Assembly (NCBI RefSeq): GCF_009914755.1
Contig: NC_060926.1
Source of the DNA: the human T2T-CHM13v2.0 reference genome, Homo sapiens
Length of the DNA stretch: 64,000 bases
Strand: one strand, 5' to 3'
Below the pieces are notes generated by a model that did not search any database, was not told the DNA's origin, and saw only the letters and a list, made by a program, of their open reading frames with translations. This document shows positions 39,200 to 51,795 of the stretch, one piece after another (the first letter of the stretch is position 1; each line of letters begins with the position of its first letter). Both the position numbers and the translations under genes were made by a program.

Positions 39200-39479
39200 A
39201 GTGACAAGCTTTGATTTTTGCATATTAACAAGGTCATTCGGGCAATATGTGATGGGGAGGGTTAAAGAAAAGGGGCAGTTGAAATGCTCTGGAGATTCTA
39301 CTTTTGATGCATTTAAATATGTCATAAGTTACTGCTTCACACATAGTCCATCTGGCACAGTATTTGATGCATAATACTGGCAATACTGAAGAATGTATAC
39401 AGATCTTTAAAAAATTGCCTGTAAATAATTCTATTTAAATGCTATGGGAGAAGAGTAAGCTATGTGTGCTACAACATCA

Positions 39480-40090
39480 TATAAAAAGAGGACTAGAATA
39501 ACCTGTAGGGTAAGGAAATTTCCCTAGAGGACCTAATTTTAAATAGTGTCTCCATGATTAACAAGCATTGACTCAGGGAAATAGTAGTTGAAGAAGAGGG
39601 GAGAGTATTCCATGAAAAGGAACAGGAGGTGGAAGAAACATCATTCTGGGACTGAAAAATTACCAATATGACTGTCATGTGAAAAAAAGGGAAGGGGCAT
39701 GAGATCAGAGTACATATTAATCTGGTGCAAAAGTCATTGCGGTTTATGCCATTACTTTTATTGTAAAAGCAAATGTAAATTACTTGGTTGGTGTAAAGTA
39801 ATGACTTTTGCACCAACCTAACAGATGTCCAGAGTTTGGGTTAAGGATTTTTAAAAACCTCTATTCTTAGAGAAATAATAAGTCATTGTCAGTTTTAAAG
39901 CAGGAGAGAGGTGACAGTAATAGAATTTGTCTGTAAAAGAATACTCTATGTAGAGAATGGATAGTTCAGATGATATGTCTGTGGGGTGACTAGCAGTCTA
40001 GGTAAGAGTTAATGGTGATTTGGACTAGGATGCTGGTTAATGAGATGGAGAGTGGGCAAATTAGAAAATTGAATCAATAGGAATTAGTGA
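39480..40090 (-). mobile_element. Degraded L2 hosting a MADE1 insertion
   Basis: Contains antisense L2-like motifs (AGTTTTAAAGCAGGAGAG.., GCAGTCTAGGTAAGAG..GATTTGGACTAGG). Confidence 0.5.
39717..39821. mobile_element. MADE1 mariner-derived MITE with an extra internal copy of the terminus
   Basis: Runs TGGTGCAAAAGTCATTGCGGTTTATGCCATTACTTTTA ... ACTTTTGCACCAACCTAA. Confidence 0.85.
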
Positions 40091-40102
40091 TGCAGAATGT
40101 AA

Positions 40103-40472
40103 GTATGCTAGTTTTCTTTTGCTGTATAACAAATTACCATAAATTTAACAACTTAAAACAACACCCATTTATTTCCTCACAGTTCTTTATGTGGAAGTCC
40201 AGAACAATGTGGCTGGAATCTCTAGGTATCATTAGGCTGAAAGCAGAAATTTGTCATGTGTCTTCATTTATAAGCTCTGGGGAAAAACCCATTTCCAAGC
40301 TCATTAACATTGTTGGTGGAACAACTTTTGAATTGTAAATTTGAGGTCTCTATTGTCTTCCTACCTGTCAGCAGGGGGCCGCTCTCAATAACTAGATAGT
40401 ATGCGCATTACTTGCCACTTGACCTCCTTTATCTTCAAAGACAGCATCACAGAATCTCCCTCCTATGGAATC
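40103..40472 (-). mobile_element. MLT1 (E-like) LTR, truncated
   Basis: Contains ATAACAAATTACCATAAATTTAACAACTTAAAACAACACCCATTTATT and ATCTTCAAAGACAGCA. Confidence 0.75.
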
Positions 40473-40898
40473 TGTGTTAGTCAGTTTTCATGCTGCTGAA
40501 AAAGACATACCAGAGACTGGGCAATTTACAAAAGAGGTTTGCTTTTTAAAACCGTCAAATCTTGTGAGACTTATTCACTATCATGAGAACAGCAGGGGAA
40601 AGACCTGCCCCCATGATTCAATTACCTCCAACTGGGTACCTCCCACAACATGTGGGAATTTAAGGTGAGATTTGGGTGGGGACACAGCCAAACCATATCA
40701 TTCCACTCGTGGCCCCTCCCAAATCTCATGTCCTCACATTTCAACAGCAATCATGCCTTTTCAACAGTCCCCCAAAGTCTTAACTCATTTCAGTATTAAC
40801 AAAAGTCCACAGTCCAAAGTCTCATCTGACACAGGGCAAGTCCCTTCCACCTATGAGCCTGTAAAATCAAAAGCAAGTTAGTTACTTTCTAGATACAC
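40473..40898 (-). mobile_element. THE1 3' LTR (40473-40700, internally deleted) plus ~200 bp of THE1-int
   Basis: The LTR ends CAGCCAAACCATATCA. The following sequence is the reverse complement of the THE1-int 3' end seen at ~26380-26578. Confidence 0.88.
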
Positions 40899-42490
40899 TA
40901 CTGACAATATATCATGTCAATCTTTCCCCCATTCTTTCTAAAGGATATCTACAGCCTTTGACAAGGGTAACTGTGCACTGGGGAAAGGGAAATGATCAGA
41001 TATTTTGGGGACTACTGGACACTGGCTCTGAGCTGATGTTGATTCCAAGGGGCCCAAAATGTCATAGTGGTCCTCCAGTTAAAGTAGGGGCTTATGGAGG
41101 TCAGGTAATTAATGGAGTTTTATCTCAGATCTGACTTACAGTGGATCCAGTGGGTTCATGGACTCATCCTGTGGTAATTTCCCCAGTGCCAGAAAGCATA
41201 ATTGGCATAGACATTGACTTAGCAGATGGCAGAACCCCTACATTGGCTCCCTGACTGGTAGGGTGAGGGTTATTATGTTGGAAAAGAACAAATGGAAGCC
41301 ATTAGACCTGCCTCTACCTAGAAAACTAGTAAATCAAAAACAATATTGCATCTCTGGAGGGATTGCAGAGATTAGTGCCACCATTAAGAACTTGAAAGAC
41401 ACAGGGGTGGTGATTCCCACCATATCCCCGTTCAACTCTCCCATTTTGCCGGTGCAGAAGAAAGATGAATCTTGGAGAATGACAGTGGATTGCTGTAAGC
41501 TTAACAAAATGGTGACTCCAATTACAGCTGCTGTACCAAACTTGCTTTCATTGCTTGAGCAAATTACATCTCTTGGCACCCGGTATGCAGCCACTGGCTT
41601 GGCAAATGCCTTTTTTTTTCCATTTCTGTCCATAAGGCTCAACAGAAGCAATTTGCCGCAGCTGGCAAGGCCAGCAGTATATGTTTACTGTTCAGCCTCA
41701 GGGGTATATCAATTCTCTGGCTTTGTGTTATAATCTTATTCAGAGAGACCTTGATCACTTTTTGCTTCTACAAGATATTGCACTGGTCTGTTACGTTGAT
41801 GACATTATGCTAATGGGATCCTGTGAGCAAGAAGTAGCAAACACACTGAACCTACTTGTGAGATATTTGTCAGAGAATAGAAAATAAATTGAATTAAAAT
41901 TCAGGGACCTTCTACCTCAGTAAAATTTCTAGGTGTCCAGTGGTATGGGGCTGTTGAGATAGTCCTTTTAAGATGAAGGATAAGTTGCTGCATTTGGCCT
42001 CTCCTGCAACCAAGAAAAAGACACAATGCCTAGTGGGCCTATTTGCATTCTGGAGGCAAAACATTCCTCATTTGGGTGTGTTACTCAAGCCCATTTATCA
42101 AGTGACCCAAAAGGCTGCCAATTTTGAGTGGGGTCCAAAACAGGAGAAAGCTCTGCAGCAGGTCCAGGCTGCTGTGCAAGCTGCTCTGCCACTTGGGCTA
42201 TATGACCCAGAAGATCCAATGGTGGCTGAGATGTCAGTGGCAGATAAGGGTGCTGTTTGGAGCCTTTGGCAGGTCCCCATAGGTGAATCACAGTAGAGGC
42301 CTCTAGGATTTGGAGCAAGTCCCTACCATCTTCTGCAGATAACTACTCTGCTTTTGAGAGGCAGCTCTTGGCCTGTTACTGGGCTTTAGCGGAAACTGAA
42401 CGTTTGACTGTGTGTCATCAAGTCTCCATATGACCTGAACTGCCTATCATGAACTGGGTGTTTTCTGACCCATCTAGCCCTAACGTGGGG
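40899..42490 (+). mobile_element. HERV-L internal fragment (protease-RT-tether) with no LTRs
   Basis: GGACTACTGGACACTGGCTCTGAG encodes LLDTGSE. ORFs contain NSPILPVQK..WRMTVD, PQGYINS..YVDDI and FEWGPKQEKALQQVQAAVQ. Homologous to ~18380-19630 (minus). Confidence 0.92.
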
Positions 42491-44339
42491 GTTTTTTTTT
42501 AGGAAGCTAATATTTTGTTATTTGCTGTGGCCTTTAGTGTAACTGTTTATGATTTATGAAAATATGCTGAAGTGACAACAGAAGAAAAATCCTAATGAAT
42601 AAGTTCTATTAATTTATAAGAAATGTGTGAGGTGTTATATGGAACAAAATAAACCAAGCAAGAATAAATGAGACCCCCAGGATCTATTTTACTCTTCAAA
42701 CGCATAAATTTCCTACAGGGAAGAAAAAGATAATATAAAGAGAAGAAGGAGAGAATGTTCCAGCAGCAATGAAGCAACACCAGCTTTTGTGAGGGTAAGA
42801 CTTGGTGGTTCATGGGGAGGCACATTGCATGATTTTGCCTCTTTAACATAACTGCATGCAAATAATAGAACCTCATAGTGAAAGTGCACCCCCGATGAGA
42901 ATGCATTCAGGCAAGGAAAAAAAGAACAAGTTCTCAGCCCCCAAAACAAATAAAATAAATTGCTTGAGTTAAAATTAGCTGAAGTCAGTTCACATTCAGT
43001 AATGGTAAATCCAACAAATATTTCTTGTATAATTTTTCTACTCTTTTTTTTATGAAAAAAATAAGCCCCTATATTTGTATAAGCATACTTTATTTTCTCT
43101 GTTATGTTATAAACTCTAAACAAGCAAGTACAGAAAAAAATACATCTTTTGTAACTCTACTTTTTTTTTGAAATGCCTAAGCGTGAGAAATGGTAACATT
43201 TTCAAAACATTATATTAGGTAACAGCACTTTCATAACAAAATTCTAAAAAGGTAAATAAGTTTACAAAGTTATTTTTCAAAATTTTGTGATTCTGGGCCC
43301 ATAGATGACTATTCTCATATTTCATTAATGTATTATATATAAATAGAATTGACAATGACTTTTTTGAATGAAGTATTCTATATCTGCATAAGTACCCCTG
43401 GCAGCTTCTACCAATGTTAAGGGAGGTGATGACATTGACTAATTTTCATTTTATGGAACAAAATGTTGAATCAAGCAATAAAATTCCTGAAAACAGTTTT
43501 GATGGTTGTTTTAATAAGTGCCTTAACAGTTGAATTGGTGATTTTATATCTTGATAAGTTGTGACAAGTAACATGGGCTGAGACTCTTCCCCAATAATTT
43601 AATAATTTAAGCTGTATTATTCCTGCTAATATTGACCTGGGCAAGAAAAAAGTTACAAAATGAAAAAAATCTCTGGGGCCTAGGTTTTTTCATACTTCAA
43701 ATGGAGTTCACAGAACTGTTGTAAGAAATAAATGAAATAGTGCATGAGTATAATCAGGAATATAGTGATGTACAATAATAATTATCATTATAAAACAATA
43801 TTTTCTCCTCAATATGGCATGCTTTTTATCCTTCACACTTCCTGGTGATCACATACAAGTCTAATTAGCATACATATTTTGATAATACTCAAACCAAACC
43901 ATCTGCAATGTAGATCTCTTCTAAGATTTAGACTCATTTTTTCATTTCTTTATGAATATATATATTTTTGGCTAGGAAATAAAATGAACGTTAGCAATAA
44001 GGTTGGGTTTTTTGTTGGTGGTGGCGGTTAGAAAAAGAACCTCAACCCATCTTATTTACTGGATCCAAGGTTTCGTAGAATGTTTGTATATCTTACTCAA
44101 GGGCAACAGAACCTAACTCTTCATTCCTCCATGCTGTATTGTTTGGCATTCACTATAAACTTTTTTTTTTTTTAATGCTGGAGAAACTCAAGTCCTCTGA
44201 CTATTTTCTTCATCCATTATATACAGTCTGTCACTGTGAATTGTTCATGGTTCTGCATGTGGTTTTTGCTGGTATAACCAAGAAAATCTCAAGATTTTTA
44301 TACAATTTGTTACAAAACAAGCTCTTTTATTGGGCTTGG

Positions 44340-44582
44340 AATTACTGAGCTATGAGACTGGAGCTCTTATTTCCACTTTGTCACCACAGGAGACGAAAAT
44401 GCCTAAAAATAGAGCTCAATTGGGAGAAGAACAGCTGGCACACAGAAGCTGGGGATAGCATAATGGCATCATTTGTGCCTCTTATCAATTTGTGCTTATA
44501 TCTGGGCTTTTTATTTCTTCTGTTTGTGGCATTCTGGGTTGAAATCCCTGTCACTTGAAACTGAGGGATTCCTTACTCAATC
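44340..44582 (+). mobile_element. Old MLT1 (J/K-like) LTR 3' part
   Basis: Ends TTCTGGGTTGAAATCCCTGTCACTTGAAACTGAGGGATTCCTTACT, resembling MLT1J/K ends. Confidence 0.45.
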
Positions 44583-44599
44583 ACATGATTTTCTATCTC

Positions 44600-45282
44600 C
44601 AACATTTCCACCTTAGTTCAGATTTCCATTTCTCTCTTGGATTGCTCCAAAGCCCTACAACTGATTTCTCCTGCTGTAAATATGAGTATTTTCTGTCAGC
44701 TCTCAACTCCACAGAGCTCTCAGAATGACCTACCTAGCATACAGATCTGACTATGCCATGTCCCTGCTAAAAATATATTTTCTGACCACAGTGTAAAGAA
44801 TAATATCTTTAACATTGAGTGTAGAGCCCTATGAGATGAAGCCCCCTACCTAACTCTACAACCTAGTTTATCATTTTCCCCTCTTAATATTTGTGTATCA
44901 GCAGCACTGAACAGCTAGTGTATTTCTCTTACAAACACACTGCAGTGTTTTTCAATACCTCCACTTTACTCAAGTTCTTTTGCCTAGAATACACTTTCAT
45001 TTTTCGTGTCGTGGAGTCTAACTACTACTATTCATTCCCCTATGCACCAAACCTAGGTGAGGTGTCCTTAACCTGTGTTTTAGAGTCCAATAGTCGTTTT
45101 TATCATTGTATTTACCATATTATATTGAATGGATTTGCTCATCTCTAATCAATGCCCCACCTTCCTGTTATCCAACCCACACATATGACCATGTCTTTTT
45201 AAATTTTTTTTTGAATCCCTAGCACCTTAAGAAGTTCCTGAAAAATAATGCCCAGTAAATGTTTATTGAACAAATAAATGTA
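44600..45282 (+). mobile_element. L2 3' region
   Basis: Contains CAGATCTGACTATGCCATGTCCCTGCTAAAAA and ends TGAATCCCTAGCACCT..CAGTAAATGTTTATTGAACAAAT. Confidence 0.7.
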
Positions 45283-46229
45283 CAGAAAAACACTACCTTG
45301 CTACTTGGCTCTTTGTTTAATTCTTCAGAAGAGGATTAAGTATGCTGCCCCAGTCTGACAGAAGTTGAATTTGTATTTCAACTTCGAAACCAAGTTTACA
45401 TTAATCTTCCATTTCAGAAGAATATCTCATTGCTATTCATCAATTAAAGTCAAATTGATACTTCTGTTTTCAATTGAGCTAATGTATTGCATTAAATTTT
45501 CCTAACTTCATTACAGCTTACTGACAGCCTAATGACTGCAGTATATTTCAATTTTGCAAGAACAGAGAGTGCAGGAACCCATTCTAAATTTTTATTTGAT
45601 AATCGTTACCTCTCTCCGTATGGTCACAAGAGCTTCTTTTTTTCCCCCTGTTGCTCCAGTTGGGATTTTCACCCCTTCTCTCCTTCCATTTCCACCTTTT
45701 GTACATAGCAAAAGCCAATGATGTCCTACCTCCCCAACTCTTCCAAACCCTATCCATAAGACAGCCAGTCCTTATTCTTTATCTCAGCATTATTTCAGCA
45801 CATTCTAGATTAGGGTCTGATAACAAAGGACTGGCTGTACTTCTAGATAAGAGGAAAGAGGAAGGAATCCCACATGGAAGTGTCTCTCTGGTACCAGCCT
45901 TTTGTCGAGTGCTACAGCAACCCTACTTTAATGCCAGGAGCCACAGAGAGCATCTTCAGCACCACTCTATTTCTTTACATTCTGATTCTTAGAGGATTAT
46001 AGATAAATAGGACTCTTAAACTGAAATCAAAACATTACTCTTTTCTCTTTTTTCCCTTTCTTATTGACACCGCTAGAAACTTGGTCCAGATTATCTAAAT
46101 TTAAGAAAAATGAAACTTCTCTTACTTCTCTGCCTTTCTGTAGTTGTTGCCATCTTCTCTCCTTTCCATCACATTCAAAAGCTGTCAAAGCATAGACTAC
46201 TATCTCCTCTTCTATTTCTTTCATTCATT

Positions 46230-46930
46230 CTTTTATTATTTTTATTATGAGATACAGCCTACATAAAAAAGAGCATAGAAAATATATATGTTTATTTGGA
46301 AGAATAATGATAAAGCAAACACCCCTGTAATCACCACTGAAGTCAACAATAAGATATTACCAGCATCTTGGAAGCTCCCCAGCTGCTGCTGTATAATCCC
46401 AAAGCCCACTTTCCCTCTTAAAGAAGTTATCCAGAAGTATGATTTTTAAAATAATAATCCTGTTACTTTTCTTTACAGTTTTATCACCTTATACAGAGCC
46501 CTAAAATATATGATTTAATGTTGCCTATTTTGCAACTTTATACATATGCTTCATGGACTACATATGTTTCTTTCACTCCATATAATGTTCATGATATTCG
46601 ATTTGCCCTACATAGCTCTATGTATTTATTTTTATTGCTGTCTATATTGCTGCTGTAAGACAAGATGAATGGTCTTGTGTATGTTTCCTGCTTCATGTAC
46701 AAGATTTTCCCTTGATTATAAACCTAGGATGGAATTATTGGTGTGCATCTGCAACTTTAGTAGATAAAGCCAAACTGTTTTCTGAACTCATTGTGTAAAT
46801 TTACAATCCCTCTCTTAGTCTTTAAGAGTTACTACTGCTCCAAATCTTTACCAATATTACTTATTGTCAGATGTTATAAGTTTTGTAAACCAGGGGGTCT
46901 ACAAAAGTTGAAAACTATCTTAATGGTTAT
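46230..46930 (-). mobile_element. L1ME-type 3' fragment
   Basis: Contains AAAGCAAACACCCCTGTAATCACCAC, AACCTAGGATGGAATT and CCAAACTGTTTTC. Confidence 0.6.
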
Positions 46931-47019
46931 CTAAATGTACTATTCTTACTTCTCACCCCCTCCCCCATCTCTTTTGATGTTAAAGCAAAATACACAGAGA
47001 ATAAAGGACACAAAGCTGG

Positions 47020-47445
47020 TGTAGTGGATTGAATGGTAGCCTCCCAAGTGATATGTCCACCAGAACCTGTGAATGTGATCTTGTTTGGAAGAAGAGTCTT
47101 TGCAGATGCAATTAAGATAACGATGCTGTGAAGAGATTACCCTGGATTATCATGGGCCATATATCTAATGAGAAGTGATTTTATAAGAGAAGAGCAGGGA
47201 AAAGGACACACAGGAGAAAAGACCATGTGAAAACAGAGGCAAAAACCTGCATTATGCAGCCCCAAGCCAAGGAAAATCTGGAGTCACCAGATGAGGAAAG
47301 ATTCTCTTCTAGAGACTTCAGAAAGAGTGCGACCCCCCAACACTTTGATTTTGAACTTCTGTCCTCCAGAACTATGACAGAAAAAATTTCTGCCATTTTA
47401 AGCCACCAAGTAGTAATTTCTATGATAACCCTGAGAAACTAATAC
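47020..47445 (+). mobile_element. MLT1B/C solo LTR
   Basis: Runs from TGTAGTGGATTGAATGG..CAGAACCTGTGAATGTGA to GAAACTAATACA. Confidence 0.85.
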
Positions 47446-47584
47446 AACTACTTAGTGTCTGAGAACTAGAACACCATTCTAAAATATCTAGTTGATGACT
47501 TTACTCATTACAAGACAACATGCCCCTTTTTCTCACTCCACATTCTTTATTCTAGCAGTTGTAACAAAACAAAGACAGGTAATA

Positions 47585-47978
47585 AGCAATGTTAATTCCA
47601 TCTGCAACCTTAATTCCCCTTTGCCATGTAGCCTATGGCAGGTGAGCAACCATTACTGCCGGAGCTCCACCTCCTGTCAGATTAGCAGTGACAATGGATT
47701 CTCATAAGAGCGTGAACCATATTGTAAGCTGCACACGCAAAGGATCTAGTTTGCGCACTCTTTATCAGAATCTAACTAATGCTTGATGATCTGAGATGGA
47801 ACAGTTTCATCCTAAAACCATTCACCCCCACCCCCAACCCTCATCCATGGAAAACATTGCCTTCCACTAAACTGGTTCCTGGTGCCAAAAGGGTTGGGGA
47901 CTGCTGGCTTAACATAGTCACAGGTTTTGGAGATTAGGATGTGGACATCTTCAGGAGATCATTATTCTATTTACTACA
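47585..47978 (-). mobile_element. MLT1D-like LTR fragment interrupted by MER1B
   Basis: AATTCCATCTGCAACCTTAATTCCCCTTTGCCATGTA resumes after the MITE as AACATAGTCACAGG..GATTAGGATGTGGACATCTT. Confidence 0.7.
47637..47906 (+). mobile_element. MER1B hAT MITE (partial)
   Basis: Contains GAGCTCCACCTCCTGTCAGATTAGCAG and GGATTCTCATAAGAGCGTGAAC, and ends CCTGGTGCCAAAAGGGTTGGGGACTGCTG. Confidence 0.82.
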
Positions 47979-48753
47979 CTGTGAATCTCTTTTGTATTTC
48001 AACAAGGTAAGGAAGGAGATGCAGGTCATACCTAGAAGAGGTAATGATAATGGAAACAGATAAAGTTGGATAAATCACAAAGTTGGATGAACAATTAAGC
48101 CTGGGACTATGGACTCTGGCAAGAAGCCTCACTCACCCCCTCAACTCCCAACTCTGCTCTCTCTGTGACCTCGCTGCTTCCTGATTCATATTCCAGGCTG
48201 CTGGACTTCCTGTCCTGCTACATAATATCTGCCACCTAAGTTTAAAATAGTCTTTGATCTCACTAATTAATTCCATGAAAATTGACCTTGAACAAAATCT
48301 TTTCTATAAATTCATTTATCAAAAATGAATTAAAAAAACAAAATCACTTGTGTATATTTTATATTACTTCTCTAAATATATATCTTGTACTTTCCTATTT
48401 CAAGTAATTATTTCAAAGTATTTTATTCAAATATGGGTACATAGAGTGCTTTTGTAATTGCACTTAATTTGTTTCTTGATAAATTTCTCCTCATCAAATA
48501 AATAGAAAATTAACATATTCTGAATTCGATCACTATACGGTTACCACCTCTGTGAATAGGAATAATTAGCAAACATTTTACCTACATTTTTTTGCCTTTT
48601 GAGACATGAAGAATTAAAATTATGTTACTAGATACTGAATTCATAGGTCTGAGATCTAAAAATGTCTGAAGAAGAATGTGTTCAAATTAATGCCTCCTGA
48701 AAAGGTATTTAGACATTATGGATTTTTCCATTTATTGCAATTATATACAAGTT

Positions 48754-49131
<378 letters not shown>

Positions 49132-49892
49132 CTAATCTCCTACCGTTACCATCATTCTTTTTTGCAGAAATGATAATTATACTTTAGGAAATGATGACAT
49201 GTAAATGAATCATCCCTCCTCCCTTCTCATGACTTAGGGAGAAGTTACACAATGAACCTATTTGCCCTGCTGCACTAGAAGCAAATTTTAGGTACCCTGG
49301 CCTCTATGGAACTGGGAGGCTTATACACTGATATTAGAGAGATGAAGGACTTGTGATTGCCAGGAAACCACTATTTTCTCCCACTTGCTCATATCCTTGC
49401 CCCAACTCTTCCCCCAAAACTGTGAGGAGACAGGTCTGAATATCCCTCAGATGAGTGAAAGATGCTCAGCTTGGCTTAAGAGACCTAAAATCTTAAGTCG
49501 TCCCTTAATGCTATCAGACTGAAGACAAGTGATAAAGAATATGTTGATAACTGATATTTGAATGGCTCTAATGTTACATGCATTTCATTATCTATTCATT
49601 TTTGCTTTAAGATGCATATAAACTGTTTCCTTTTAGTAAATGGAACCGTTTGAAAGAGAAAGGCATTTGTAAGGAAACGTTGAGAATATGTTATTAGAAC
49701 ATGTTTCTTTCTCCATTAGTTCATATTACATGGGTTTACATTATATGCATTTTAAATAAAATATGTTAAGATAAATGAAAATAGTTATATTTAGGCTGTT
49801 AGTATATTATACATATAAAAATATTTTGTAATAAAACTTATTTTGACATTATATAGATTTAATTTTGTTTGATCACAAATTACTATTACATT

Positions 49893-50870
49893 ATTATTAT
49901 TATTATTATTATTATACTTTAAGTTTTAGGGTACATGTGCACAATGTGCAGGTTAGTTACATAGGTATACATGTGCCATGCTGGTGTACTGCACCCATTA
50001 ACTCGTCATTTAGCATTAGGTATACCTCCTAATGCTATCCCTCCCCCCTTCCCCCACCCCACAACAGTCCCGAGTGTGATGTTCCCCTTCCTGTGTCCAT
50101 GTGTTCTCATTGTTCAATTCCCATCTATGAGTGAGAACATGTGGTGTTTGTTTTTTTGTCCTTGCGATAGTTTACTGAGAATGATGATTTCCAATTTCAT
50201 CCATGTCCCTACAAAGGACATGAACTCATCATTTTTTATGGCTGCATAATATTCCATGGTGTATATGTGCCACATTTTCTTAATCCAGTCTATCATTGTT
50301 GGACATTTGGGTTGGTTCCAAGTCTTTGCTATCGTGAATAGTGCCGCAATAAACATATGTGTGCATGTGTCTTTATAGCAGCATGATTTATAGTCCTTTG
50401 GGTATATACCCAGTAATGGGATGGCTGGGTCAAATGGTATTTCTAGTTCTAGATCCCTGAGGAATTGCCACACTGACTTCCACAATGGTTGAACTAGTTT
50501 ACAGTCCCACCAACAGTGTAAAAGCGTTCCTATTTCTCCACATCCTCTCCAGCACCTGTTGTTTCCTGACTTTTTAATGATTGCCATTCTAACTGGTGTG
50601 AGATGGTATCTCATTGTGGTTTTGATTTGCATTTCTCTGATGGCCAGTGATGATGAGCATTTTTTCATGTGTCTGTTGGCAGCATAAATGTCTTCTTTTG
50701 AGAAGTGTCTGTTCATATCCTTTGCCCACTTTTTGATGGGGTTGTTTGTTTTTTTCTTGTAAATTTGTTTGAGTTCATTGTAGATTCTGGATATTAGCTC
50801 TTTGTCAGATGAGTAGGTTGTGAAAATTTTCTCCCATTTTGTAGGTTGCCTACTCACTCTGATGGTAGTT
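49893..50870 (-). mobile_element. 5'-truncated L1PA (about PA3) with a (TAA)n tail
   Basis: Contains an antisense 3' UTR and an ORF2 C-terminus open from [13 protein letters not shown] to HMFSLIDGN*, including the cysteine-rich [21 protein letters not shown]-like T(A/G)TTACATT lies at 49884-49892 and 50870-50878. Confidence 0.93.
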
Positions 50871-51054
50871 GTTACATTGTTTACAAAGAAAACAGTATGC
50901 AAAGTTTTGTATAAATTTTAGTTAAGTGCATTTAACTTAATTTTAGTTAAGTGCATTTTTTAATATGACCTGTTTTTAAATTGGGAACTATACCCTAGTT
51001 AATAAATTAACTTTTCAGTGGAGCTGGTTATTTATATTGTTTACTGATTAATGT

Positions 51055-51795
51055 TTTTAATTAGCAGAACTTATTTTTTAGAGCAATTTTAGGTTTACAG
51101 AAAATTTAGCAGATCATATAGAGTTCCCATATACTCATTCTCCCTCACTCACAGCTTCTTCTATTATTAATCTCTTGCATTCTGTGGTACATTTCTTGCA
51201 GTTAATCAACATACTGAAATACTGTATTAACTAAAATCCATAGTTTACATTAGGGTTCCTCTTTGTGTTGTGCAGTCATATGGATTTTGACAAGTGTATA
51301 ATGTCACATAACCACCTTTACGGTATCTTGTAGGCTAGCTTCACTGTCCTAGAAATCCCCTGTGTTTTACCTATTTATGTCTCTTCTCCCAACTTGAACC
51401 CCCGGCAACCAATGATCTTTTTTACTGTCTCTGTAGTTTTGCCTTTTCCTGCAGGTCACGTAGTTGGAATCAAACAAGATATAGCCTTCTCAGACTGGTT
51501 TCTTTTATTTAGCAATGGACACTTAAAGTTCCTCCATATTTTTGAGACTTGATAGGTCATTTCTTTATATTGCTGAATAATATTCCATTGTCTGACTGTA
51601 CCACAATTTTTTTTTTATCCATTTGCCCTTTTGAGGGACATCTTTGTTGCTTCCAGTTTTTGGCAATACACCCTCTATAAAAATTCATGTGCAAGTTTTT
51701 CTGTGGATATGGCTTTTAACTCATTTGGGTAGATATCTAGGAAAGCAATTGCTTGGTTCTATGGTAAGACTATGTTTAGTTTTGTAAGCAACTAG
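51055..51795 (-). mobile_element. L1MC1/2-type 3' fragment
   Basis: Contains TTTTTTAGAGCAATTTTAGGTTTACAGAAAA and AAAATCCATAGTTTACATTAGGGTTC. Confidence 0.78.

Noticed and set aside
40103-47978. Idea that the MLT1 pieces at 40103-40472 and 47585-47978 are halves of one LTR split by 7 kb
   Set aside because: They resemble different subfamilies (E-like vs D-like), and the intervening DNA contains older L2/MIR/L1ME elements that could not have inserted later.
50114-50902. 262-aa ORF as a functional gene
   Set aside because: It is the C-terminus of L1 ORF2 in a 5'-truncated copy with an ATG borrowed from flanking DNA. Openness reflects young age.
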